A stretch of DNA of 64,000 nucleotides, from IMG/VR virus record IMGVR_UViG_3300021375_000006; one strand, 5' to 3'. The DNA comes from a virus (taxonomy: Duplodnaviria > Caudoviricetes). Shown piece by piece: positions 46,429-55,088 of this stretch. The notes under the pieces were generated by a model. It was not told the origin of the DNA. It saw only the letters and a program-made list of their open reading frames with translations, and made no database searches. The first letter of the stretch is position 1. Every line of letters begins with the position of its first letter. The position numbers and the translations under genes were made by a program.

Positions 46429-47967
46429 TTATCCTAATGATGATTGTAATGCACCAACTGCTGCACCATAGTCACCGTCGTGTTTAGTTAATAAACCGTC
46501 TACTACTTCTTGAGCTTTTTCTTCATCGAATTCGTCACCGAACGCTTGTTGTAAAACTGAGAATGCATACTCTTTAAAATCTTCGTCTGATTTTACTTCA
46601 GCTTCGTTAGTAGCTTCTTCAGCAACTTCTTCAGTTTCTTCTACTTCTTCAGTTTCTTCTACTTCTTCAGTCTCTTCAACCTCTTCAGTTTCTTCTACTT
46701 CTTCAGTCTCTTCAACCTCTTTAGTTTCTTCTACTTCTTCACCTTCTTCAGTAGCTTCACCTTCTTCGTGGTGTGCTTCTTCAGTAGATTCTGTTTCTTC
46801 TTCAACTTCTTCTCCCTCTTTAATTACAGGATAAGTCTTACCGTTAAACTCAAACTTTTCAGCATCTTCTTCGATTGCTTTAGCTCTTGCGGCTAAAAAA
46901 GCGTTACCTTCATTCATCACAGACTCGTTAGCCCAGATTAATTCAAATGCATCTACAATTTTTTGAGCAGTATCACCATGTCCGAATCCATCTAAGAATA
47001 ATGCCATACCTTCAACGATACCAATACCTGACCATCCAGCTGCATTAGCTAGACCAGAGTAATGTTCGTCTAATAGGTTAATGATTGATTTTTTACCAAC
47101 TGGAACTGACATTCCACCTAAATTATCGATGTCTACCATAATAGTAACAATCTTACCACCTAGTGCTTTACTTACTGGATCTCTATATCTGTGGAAGTTA
47201 GCGTCTGTTAGGGCTTCAGCTAATAAGTATCTACAAACACCTAATAAAAGTGGTCCGTCCATTAATGCAGTATGGTTCGTAAAGAATGATTCTAACCATT
47301 TAGCAACTTTCTTAGCGTCTCTTGCATTACCTTTACTTGGTTTAAATGCTTCATTAATAATTAGTGACTCAAATGCTGGAATTAATTCTTTATCTCCATA
47401 TACATCTGCCATATACCATTTGCCATCTCTTTCATCAAATAGGTAAACGAATTCTGCTCCTGCTCTATCGCTAGCATCAGAAATATAATCGTCGACTTTC
47501 TTAACATCACCTTTTAGTGTTGTTTTATCTCCGTAGAAATTAATCTTACTTGGATCTGCTTCCAAACCTGAGCCACCCCCTTTCTTAAGTAAAAACTTAA
47601 CTGTTCCGGAGTTCATGTAACCCTTCTTAATTGTAGGTAACATGTGGTCTGGATAACCATCGTAGTGCATATACACTGACTCTATTTTTCCTCTTTTAGA
47701 AATAATACCAACTTGTGATCTGGTACCTTCTTCAATGATAGCTAAAGACTCAGATACTTCAGAAGCACCTAGCTTAGCAAAAAATTTGTTTCTATCTTCT
47801 TCGTTTAAATCTTTTACAGATGTAACGCCGAACTCAGATAATAATGTTTCGAATTGGTAAGCTGACTCTGTACGAGCTACTTTTTGTTCTTCTTCTAATT
47901 TCATTTTTGCTGCTTTAGCGGAAGCATTAGCGAAATCTTCAAAAGACTGTAGTTTTAATGAACCCAT
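46429..47967 (-). CDS. Multi-module putative internal head polyprotein with acidic repeats
   Basis: SFEDF leader; modules after AIIEE, ESLIINE, ESVMNE and ATNE; contains a GTRS...VYMHYDGYP module and a GNAF module; late promoter at 48004. Confidence 0.6.
   Translation of the reverse strand: MGSLKLQSFEDFANASAKAAKMKLEEEQKVARTESAYQFETLLSEFGVTSVKDLNEEDRNKFFAKLGASEVSESLAIIEEGTRSQVGIISKRGKIESVYMHYDGYPDHMLPTIKKGYMNSGTVKFLLKKGGGSGLEADPSKINFYGDKTTLKGDVKKVDDYISDASDRAGAEFVYLFDERDGKWYMADVYGDKELIPAFESLIINEAFKPSKGNARDAKKVAKWLESFFTNHTALMDGPLLLGVCRYLLAEALTDANFHRYRDPVSKALGGKIVTIMVDIDNLGGMSVPVGKKSIINLLDEHYSGLANAAGWSGIGIVEGMALFLDGFGHGDTAQKIVDAFELIWANESVMNEGNAFLAARAKAIEEDAEKFEFNGKTYPVIKEGEEVEEETESTEEAHHEEGEATEEGEEVEETKEVEETEEVEETEEVEETEEVEETEEVEETEEVAEEATNEAEVKSDEDFKEYAFSVLQQAFGDEFDEEKAQEVVDGLLTKHDGDYGAAVGALQSSLG
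46610..46810 (-). repeat. Coding tandem repeat (EEVEET)n
   Basis: About six 18-bp units, the same unit type as in the scaffold gene. Confidence 0.9.
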
Positions 47968-48003
47968 TTTTATTAAATTTATTTTTAATACTTTACTATT
48001 GTA

Positions 48004-49512
48004 TTATATATCACCGTCAAAAGTCACATTTTTTACCTCAAACGGGAACTTCTGTTCCTTATAGATCTTTTGACGCGCTTTGGCATGTCGAATGAGATAG
48101 TTATCCCAGTCTGGTGATGATAAGTCATCTACGAAATCAATGATATTTACCTCTGATTTTGTGTGGTGTTTTCTTAACCCTCTACCGATTGATTGTCTAA
48201 TTATGACTTCCGATTTAAACGATTCGGTAAAGAAGATATTATGTATTTTCTTAATCGAGATCCCTGTTGAGAACGTACCATAAGAGGCAACAATGACAAC
48301 CTGCGCGCCTGCTTCCATCTTCTTCTTGTATTCTTCACGGATGTCCTTGTCGGTATTACCATCCACATAATAGATGGGTTTGTCACTATCTTGGCGCAGT
48401 TTCTCATAAATTCTTTTGCCGTGTTCGATTCGGTGGAAAAGAACAAGGCTATTCCCACGTACTCTGGAAATAATGTTGCAAATGAAAGCCAAGCGCCCTG
48501 TTGAATTGATGACATAATTACTTTCAAATCTGAAAACGTCTTTACTTTCATATCTGTTTTGGGACATCTCATAAAAAGCATTCTTTGTGCTTTGAGGTGC
48601 ATAATCCATTTTTATTACTTTCACATTACAACCTGCAATGTGACCTTCATCTTGAAGGAATGCCGCATTGACCTCTGTAATTACAGGGCCTGTATGTGCC
48701 ATTAGGGTTAATCTATCTAACGTCTTTGCTTTTGGAATTGTCCCCGAGAGTCCAAATCGATAGTTTGCAGCAGTACATTTTTGTAGAATTGTTTTAATAG
48801 AGGTAGACTTAGCCTTGTGAGTCTCATCGATAATTACAGCGTCAAACTGTTCAAAATATTCTTTGTCTTTCTTAACAAGAGATTGATACGTACCAATTAC
48901 CATGTTTCTACCCGGTCTAATCTTTTGACCAGAATAGATCTGTTGTACCTTAATATTCGTTGCATTACGCCAGTTATAGTCCATAAAGTCCTCAGAGGCC
49001 TGTACAACTAACGAAACGTTTGGGACGATAAGTAATATCCTTCCAGCCTTGCCCTTCTCTAACATATACGCAATAGCCATATACGTTATCAAGGTTTTAC
49101 CAGCTGATGTGGCTAACTCACTTAGACATCTTCTAAATTTTAGAATATTATATGCCGCTTCAATTTGATAATCTCTTGGGTTTAATTCATGGCCATCAAA
49201 GTAGTCTTCTGCCCATTTTGTAAACTCTTCTTGTTTTACCGAAGGGTCGAATAGTGTGGTTACACCATTCATCTTTAACTCGAACTTATATTGTTTACAC
49301 AGATCCATCACCTCTTTCCAAAGTCCAGATGGAATCCACTTATCATCCTTAATATAGGAGATATAGCCATCCCATAGACCTTTCTTCACAAGAGGATGAA
49401 AGCGCCAGTTTTCAATTCTACGATTAAATGTGATATTGAGTTGTTCTATTTCTAGTTCACTCGCCTCATCAATACGCAGAAACTGCTTATTATCTGTTAA
49501 ACTCAGTTCCAT
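48004..49512 (-). CDS. uvsW: SF2 DNA helicase UvsW
   Basis: PRDYQ, ATSAGKT, IIDETH, GLSGT, TFSTGISI, QSIGRGLR. Confidence 0.95.
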   Translation of the reverse strand: MELSLTDNKQFLRIDEASELEIEQLNITFNRRIENWRFHPLVKKGLWDGYISYIKDDKWIPSGLWKEVMDLCKQYKFELKMNGVTTLFDPSVKQEEFTKWAEDYFDGHELNPRDYQIEAAYNILKFRRCLSELATSAGKTLITYMAIAYMLEKGKAGRILLIVPNVSLVVQASEDFMDYNWRNATNIKVQQIYSGQKIRPGRNMVIGTYQSLVKKDKEYFEQFDAVIIDETHKAKSTSIKTILQKCTAANYRFGLSGTIPKAKTLDRLTLMAHTGPVITEVNAAFLQDEGHIAGCNVKVIKMDYAPQSTKNAFYEMSQNRYESKDVFRFESNYVINSTGRLAFICNIISRVRGNSLVLFHRIEHGKRIYEKLRQDSDKPIYYVDGNTDKDIREEYKKKMEAGAQVVIVASYGTFSTGISIKKIHNIFFTESFKSEVIIRQSIGRGLRKHHTKSEVNIIDFVDDLSSPDWDNYLIRHAKARQKIYKEQKFPFEVKNVTFDGDI

Positions 49513-49513
49513 T

Positions 49514-49936
49514 TTATAGTCCGTTTAGAGACAATCTATTTCTTATTGCAAAGCCCATATTATCTAGGGTCTTCACTGAATCTCTAAAAAATTCTAATTG
49601 GTTTTCAAGATGAGATAATACCATGTTCTCATCTGCCATATCATTTTCTAGAAATTTCTCTTTAACTTTTTCACCTAATTTATAGTCGTAATTATAGTAA
49701 CGAATATACGCTTCTCTATATCTAGTAGAGACCGAAATCTTTTGTTCTTTTATCTTTACGTTTAGGTATGCAATCTGATCTACACAGGTCTGTCTTGATG
49801 ATAGTACATTGGCTATCACCTCTTCCATTCCATCTACTTTCTTAAGTCCTTTCGCTAAGGCTCTAATAGTATCAGACCATTGTTGTCTTTGAGCACTCAA
49901 CTTTTGGTCTAGTGCCTGAATCTTTTCTTTACTCAT
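49514..49936 (-). CDS. Recombination mediator UvsY-like
   Basis: Helical 140 aa protein next to uvsW; C-terminal LEFFRDSVKTLDNMGFAIRNRL resembles UvsY. Confidence 0.65.
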   Translation of the reverse strand: MSKEKIQALDQKLSAQRQQWSDTIRALAKGLKKVDGMEEVIANVLSSRQTCVDQIAYLNVKIKEQKISVSTRYREAYIRYYNYDYKLGEKVKEKFLENDMADENMVLSHLENQLEFFRDSVKTLDNMGFAIRNRLSLNGL

Positions 49937-49946
49937 ATTAGTTATA

Positions 49947-50156
49947 TTAGAACAACGACTTTTTGTTTGGATTTGACCTTACAAACTTAGCGGCCTTTTG
50001 GCCCTTCTTAAGTTTAGGTTCTTCCACAACAAAGTCTTTGCTCTCTACGTTAAACTCTTCAACATCAAAACCCACGATGAGTTTGTTGCCCTTAAATCTA
50101 TCAGAGTCCTTAAAAAAGTCTTCTAAATTATCTTCCATTTCTTCTATACGTACCAT
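49947..50156 (-). CDS. Small hypothetical protein
   Basis: 69 aa ORF. Confidence 0.6.
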   Translation of the reverse strand: MVRIEEMEDNLEDFFKDSDRFKGNKLIVGFDVEEFNVESKDFVVEEPKLKKGQKAAKFVRSNPNKKSLF

Positions 50157-51220
50157 AGATCTAATTCGCTTGATGTGAAATACTTTTCAATTTGTTTCCA
50201 TGCATCTGATTTTTGCTGGTAACATACTTTCACCAAGTCGTTTAAGTCCTTGATATTATATGTATCTAGCTTAAAATCAGTAAGAAATTTAGACCACATA
50301 AACACTGGCCTACCCTTCTTTAGCTTCTCTGCCATTTTCTTTTTACCTGTAGTATCGTTATCAAACATATAACGTACCGTTGCCATCTCATCAAATTCTT
50401 CTGTCGATCGACCGGCAGTGGCCAATGCTAATGAGTTGTGCATAAACTTTGCGTCAAGTGGTCCTTCAAATAGAGTTACTGGCTGTTGGAAATTAACCTG
50501 CATAATTCCAAATAATGTTGAAGCCTTTGCAAGTTTATTTAATTCCTCTTGTGGTAACTCAAGTGGTTTCTTCCACTCTTCATAGAGTTTAGGTAGGTCA
50601 TAAGTCAAATATCTTGACCCATAGCCTTTCATTCGTCTGGATTGTGCGCCGATAATTTTACCTTCTATTCCCTTGTTTAAAATCCAAAGGCGATTACCTT
50701 TAGGGGAAAATAAGAACTCATCAGCTTTATTGTGTAATAGCCTATCTTTAAGCTGGAACCATATCCAGTCTCCTGGTTCAATTTCTTTAGCGCCAAATAT
50801 CTGTTTAAACTCTGCTACAGTTAATGCCTTTTCTTGGACGCTTGCAAGTGAGGCGTTTTGTAATACTTGTTCTTGGCTAACCTGAGTCTTATTGGCTTTA
50901 ATATAGTCAATAATAGTAAATGAGTCACCTGAGTTAGGCATTCTCACTTGATGGTCTTTCAAGAACGAATGTAAATTTGTGTGGTGTGAACAGTTGTAGC
51001 AGTGATACTGTAAAGTGTCCCAATACATGTTACCTCTTTTCTTGGTATCATCTTCATGGGAGTCACCACAATAAGGACATGCCAGGGTTATACGCCCCGG
51101 CATGTCTTTAAGTAGTTGCTTGTTAGGAGTAGAATGTTGTTCTACGCAAACTTGTTTAAGTGCTTTCTTTATTCTACTCTTAAGCTCCTCTGTTATTTGT
51201 ATATTAGAGGTTGAGGTCAT
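50144..51220 (-). CDS. DNA primase (gp61-like)
   Basis: CPYCGDS...HCYNC zinc finger; TOPRIM FEGPLDA and FDND. Confidence 0.9.
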   Translation of the reverse strand: MTSTSNIQITEELKSRIKKALKQVCVEQHSTPNKQLLKDMPGRITLACPYCGDSHEDDTKKRGNMYWDTLQYHCYNCSHHTNLHSFLKDHQVRMPNSGDSFTIIDYIKANKTQVSQEQVLQNASLASVQEKALTVAEFKQIFGAKEIEPGDWIWFQLKDRLLHNKADEFLFSPKGNRLWILNKGIEGKIIGAQSRRMKGYGSRYLTYDLPKLYEEWKKPLELPQEELNKLAKASTLFGIMQVNFQQPVTLFEGPLDAKFMHNSLALATAGRSTEEFDEMATVRYMFDNDTTGKKKMAEKLKKGRPVFMWSKFLTDFKLDTYNIKDLNDLVKVCYQQKSDAWKQIEKYFTSSELDLWYV

Positions 51221-52130
51221 TCAAGAAAGAATCTAAATCATCATCCGTATTGGCCTTCGCTGGTTCTTCAGTCTTAGTTGCTGTTGCTGTTGCAGCGGCT
51301 ACTGGAGTTGCTTCTCTCTGTGGCTCTGCCTTTGGAGCAGCTTTTGTAGCCGGAGTTGAAGTTACCTCTGCGATAGAATCACCTGGATTTAGATACATTC
51401 TTAGAACGTTATTTACGAATGCTCTTGTGTCTTCGTCCCACGCCTTATAGTCATAAGTTGCAAGTGAAGGAGCGTCTTCTAGTTCTGCTTTAATCGCCGT
51501 CATAGTTTCTTGAGATCTTTCCGCTGGAGCGTCTCCCATTACGATAGCTGATGTGTTAGCTGAGAATTTCGACTTATCATAGTTATTATATTCACCTTGT
51601 CTTGTGATAACTAACTCAAAGTTCTTACCTTCGAAAAGGTCGAATACTTGTGTTGGCTCACCGAAATCAGGCTTCAATTCTGAGTCAATTTTCTCTTTGA
51701 TCTTGTAACCAAACTTGAATACTTTGTAAGTACCCTCTAGTTCTGGGTTTTGTGGATCTTTAATAATTTTGATAAGAGAATAATACTGTTGGCGTCTCTT
51801 TAGTTTCTCAGAAGACTTTCTGTCTACTGCTGAATCTGACTTTCTCAATTTCCAGAATACATCTGCAATTGGACAGTGCTCGCCGACTGTTTGTGGAGAG
51901 TCCACTAGTTTTCCATCTCCATTAGAGTTAGTTAACCAGTGTACGTACTTTTGAATCAGAGATTTTCTTGGGTTCTCTGGGTTTGGAACAAAACGCACTA
52001 GTGCTTTGTAAGTTCCGTCTTTGCCGTCATCGGCGGTTGGTTTGTAAACTTCGTTTACGCTTGTTCTTTCAGGCTGGTGTGTTTCCACATCTTCCACGCC
52101 TAAATTAAAAATGTCAAATGAATCACTCAT
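51204..52130 (-). CDS. Single-stranded DNA-binding protein (gp32-like)
   Basis: ALVRFVP, CPIAD, GTYKVFKFGYKIKEKI, FDLFEGKNF, NYDKSKF, acidic tail DDDLDSFLNDL. Confidence 0.92.
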   Translation of the reverse strand: MSDSFDIFNLGVEDVETHQPERTSVNEVYKPTADDGKDGTYKALVRFVPNPENPRKSLIQKYVHWLTNSNGDGKLVDSPQTVGEHCPIADVFWKLRKSDSAVDRKSSEKLKRRQQYYSLIKIIKDPQNPELEGTYKVFKFGYKIKEKIDSELKPDFGEPTQVFDLFEGKNFELVITRQGEYNNYDKSKFSANTSAIVMGDAPAERSQETMTAIKAELEDAPSLATYDYKAWDEDTRAFVNNVLRMYLNPGDSIAEVTSTPATKAAPKAEPQREATPVAAATATATKTEEPAKANTDDDLDSFLNDLNL

Positions 52131-52216
52131 AACTTTTAAAATTGTTTAATTGTTTAATACTTGAAATTACTTTAATGTCCTTTCGTTACCTTATAGTTGT
52201 ACAATATACAATAGTT

Positions 52217-52411
52217 TCAATCTAGTGTCAAAATAGCTGGACGGCGCCCAGACCTTGGGTCTGCAGGCAATTCCTTCCAGGTCCCGTCCTCTTGCTTAAT
52301 CAGCCCTGATTTGTGTAGCAACTCCTCACGTTCTTGCGAAGTGATTGCGTTGGCTTCCACCATTTGTTTGAGAATCTCATTGAGACGGAAGTAGTCCGCT
52401 GTTATCAACAT
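52217..52411 (-). CDS. Small hypothetical protein
   Basis: 64 aa ORF with class II and III promoters upstream. Confidence 0.6.
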   Translation of the reverse strand: MLITADYFRLNEILKQMVEANAITSQEREELLHKSGLIKQEDGTWKELPADPRSGRRPAILTLD

Positions 52412-52579
52412 GTCAATTGTACTTTTGTTTATTATACATATTATATATCTGAATTTAGATTTGTTTCTTCATAATATGTTAATAACTTTTTTGCAAAAAA
52501 ATGCAAAATAATTGCAAAAAAGGTTTCACATGTCATATTTTTTTCGTATATTAGTACTGTAATTAAAAACATATAAAAC

Positions 52580-52912
52580 ATGAGTAATCCACACTACGAA
52601 CACCAATTAAAATTAGACGCTATGAAGAAACATACTAAATTATCGTCGAGAAACAAAACCCTTCTTTTAATGGGGGCTAAGACCACTGGAAGCTTTCTAG
52701 AGGGTTATTATTATATAGAGGAAAGTTTATACATCGATGAGGCTAACTCGCTTCATTCGTTCTGTACGTGGATTGATGACCACATCGGTGGCGCAGGTCC
52801 AGTTAATATTGATATGTTATGGCTAGGGTTTAAATACCCTGAAGTAGACAGATACTCTAGAGCCTGTGTAGATATTAAGAAACAAATGGACGAAATTAAA
52901 GCATACTGTTAA
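52580..52912 (+). CDS. Hypothetical early protein
   Basis: 110 aa ORF just after the class I promoter at 52530-52558. Confidence 0.7.
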   Translation: MSNPHYEHQLKLDAMKKHTKLSSRNKTLLLMGAKTTGSFLEGYYYIEESLYIDEANSLHSFCTWIDDHIGGAGPVNIDMLWLGFKYPEVDRYSRACVDIKKQMDEIKAYC

Positions 52913-52914
52913 TT

Positions 52915-53061
52915 ATGAAAGATTTTAAATGTGTCATCTGTAAAGAGACTATCAAAGACCAATACGGTAACAATCCAGACCCGGTAAAAACTAGGGGTAA
53001 ATGTTGTGACTCGTGTAACTGGAAGGTTGTAATTCCTGCTAGAATGGTTTACAGCTCTTAA
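52915..53061 (+). CDS. Small zinc-finger protein (48 aa)
   Basis: Translated by hand: CVIC...YGNNPDP...GKCCDSCN...VIPAR. Confidence 0.75.
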   Translation: MKDFKCVICKETIKDQYGNNPDPVKTRGKCCDSCNWKVVIPARMVYSS

Positions 53062-53124
53062 GTGCCTTAACATGCTAAAAAAATAGCTAGATATATAATA
53101 CATAGATAAACAAATTATATAGAA

Positions 53125-54105
53125 ATGACAGCTAATCAAATATTAGGAAACTCAGATTACCCAATGATCGCGTATAGCGGATTTAGAGGCAAGTCTAGAG
53201 ACGTGGAACCAACCATGGAACAGATCAAAGAAGATCTACAATTACTTGCTGGGAACGGATATAAAGTCATAAAGACTTACGATCTTCAACATGAGTTTGC
53301 TTCAAATGTGCTTAAAGCTATTAAAGAGTTAAAGACTGAGAATGAAAACTTTGAGATGTATGTAATGCTAGGTACATGGATAGAATGTCGTAATGCATGG
53401 ACTCCTGAAAAAGATCACTCTAGAGGAAATTCTCAACAAAATAATGATGAAATAAACAAAGCGATTACCTTAGCTCATGAGTACTCGGATATAGTTAAAA
53501 TCATATCAGTAGGAAACGAGGCTAGAGTACATTGGGCTCATTGGAATTTTGTTCAACCAAAAGAAATTTTAAGGTGGATTAAAGTTTTAAGGGTCTATAT
53601 AGATAATGGTTATTTAGATTCTAATCTATGGATTACAAGCTCTGATAATTATGCTGCATGGGGTGGGGAAGAACTCTATCAATCAGAAGATCTTATAGAG
53701 TTAATTAATGCCGTGGATTATGTTTCAGTACATGTATATCCTTATATTACTATTGGAGATCTACCAGAAGGTATAGATTTAATAGAGAATACATTTAATA
53801 CTGCTATAAATGACTTTATGAAAGTAAAAGAATATCTAAATGAAATTGGTGTTGATAAAGCTGTACATATAGGTGAAACCGGCTGGGCAACCAAAGCATC
53901 AAACTTCTTATCTGATATTTCTAACGAAGAAAACCAGGCTGCATATCACGATACTCTTAAAAACTTTGCAAAACATTCTGAAACTTCTATTTGTTTATTT
54001 TCAGCATTCGACGAACAATGGAAATGTGAATGGGATGCAGACGATCATGAAAACAACTTCGGAATCTTTAACCTAGATAGAACTCTTAAAGGAGCAGGAA
54101 GATAA
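53125..54105 (+). CDS. Glycoside hydrolase family 17 (beta-1,3-glucanase/transglucosylase)
   Basis: AYSGFR, EDLQLL, IKTYD, SVGNEA (acid/base), VHVYPY, IGETGWAT (nucleophile), FSAFDEQWK, ENNFGIF. Confidence 0.88.
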   Translation: MTANQILGNSDYPMIAYSGFRGKSRDVEPTMEQIKEDLQLLAGNGYKVIKTYDLQHEFASNVLKAIKELKTENENFEMYVMLGTWIECRNAWTPEKDHSRGNSQQNNDEINKAITLAHEYSDIVKIISVGNEARVHWAHWNFVQPKEILRWIKVLRVYIDNGYLDSNLWITSSDNYAAWGGEELYQSEDLIELINAVDYVSVHVYPYITIGDLPEGIDLIENTFNTAINDFMKVKEYLNEIGVDKAVHIGETGWATKASNFLSDISNEENQAAYHDTLKNFAKHSETSICLFSAFDEQWKCEWDADDHENNFGIFNLDRTLKGAGR

Positions 54106-54143
54106 TCTTACCAAACATCAACTAAAATTACAGGAGGTGTCCT

Positions 54144-54329
54144 ATGTCATGGGACCACAGACCTTGGGAAATGCAATCACGCCAACGCTATGAAATGGAG
54201 TGGGAAAGACGTGAGTTTAAACGGCTTGAAATAGCTGAAGAACTAAGACTTGAAAAAAAGTTGAATAAAATTGAAACCTTTTCTGGGAAGTCGCATATAA
54301 GGCATGTCTTTAAGGCCAAAGAAAGATAA
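54144..54329 (+). CDS. Small charged hypothetical protein
   Basis: 61 aa ORF with a canonical AGGAGGT Shine-Dalgarno at 54132-54138. Confidence 0.55.
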   Translation: MSWDHRPWEMQSRQRYEMEWERREFKRLEIAEELRLEKKLNKIETFSGKSHIRHVFKAKER

Positions 54330-54415
54330 GTACCATTCCAGGGCTGAGGGCAGAGACTAGGCTGAAGGCAGAGATTAGGACAGTTTTGGAGTCCCGCGGT
54401 TTGAAGCAGATTTGG

Positions 54416-55087
54416 TTAGTCTGGCAAATTTTCCCCAAGTTGCTGAAGCAAATAATGATTAAGGAACCAGGCATCGACAATGTCATCAAAAGGCTTCGGC
54501 ACTTTTTTCACCTCACCAATTTCTTTCTGACAGTAAGCAAACAACGGCGAGCTAGCTAACTCATCACTCTCACATACATTATCTAAAAAGGATTGCCAAA
54601 GAGCTAACTTATTCATATTCCCTTTACCAGCATGTTTCTTAATTGTAGTAGGTGCAACGGTCAGTAGATTTTTGACGTCGAGCTGAGCAATCATTTGCTC
54701 TTTTAGAATAGCAGCTCCTGCAGCCATATCAATCATATTATTAGTTCCCATTTTAGAACCGTATGACGTACCTTCAAATGCAATATGATAATCTTGTTTA
54801 GTCTGCGTTATATTAACGATCAGGTTAATAATATCATCAGCAGTCTTAATGTATCTCTTGATTTTTGCGAACTCGTTCTTAGAGTAATCTCCAACAACTA
54901 ATTTCCAGTCAGGTTGATGAACTAGAGTCACGTCTGAGAATGTGCTTATTTCTTCTTGTCGCTTTTGTTCAGCTTTCGTACCTGAACCAGCTTTAATATA
55001 GGAGATAAAGTGATACCTATTCGTGTCAGATGACCAGATACAGATACCAGGGGAATTAAGCGAGAAGTCAACAGTAACTAAATTCAA
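54416..55087 (-). CDS. RuvC-like Holliday junction resolvase
   Basis: VDFSLNSPG, IAFEG, PTTIKK, DDIVDA. TTG 55087 is a plausible start; the track start at 55114 overlaps the upstream gene. Confidence 0.8.
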   Translation of the reverse strand: MNLVTVDFSLNSPGICIWSSDTNRYHFISYIKAGSGTKAEQKRQEEISTFSDVTLVHQPDWKLVVGDYSKNEFAKIKRYIKTADDIINLIVNITQTKQDYHIAFEGTSYGSKMGTNNMIDMAAGAAILKEQMIAQLDVKNLLTVAPTTIKKHAGKGNMNKLALWQSFLDNVCESDELASSPLFAYCQKEIGEVKKVPKPFDDIVDAWFLNHYLLQQLGENLPD

Positions 55088-55088
55088 A

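Noticed and set aside
54304-54444. Plus-strand AEGRD*AEGRD* reading that might indicate amber read-through
   Set aside because: A by-product of the 18-bp tandem repeat; very short, no homology cue, and it runs antisense into the resolvase gene.
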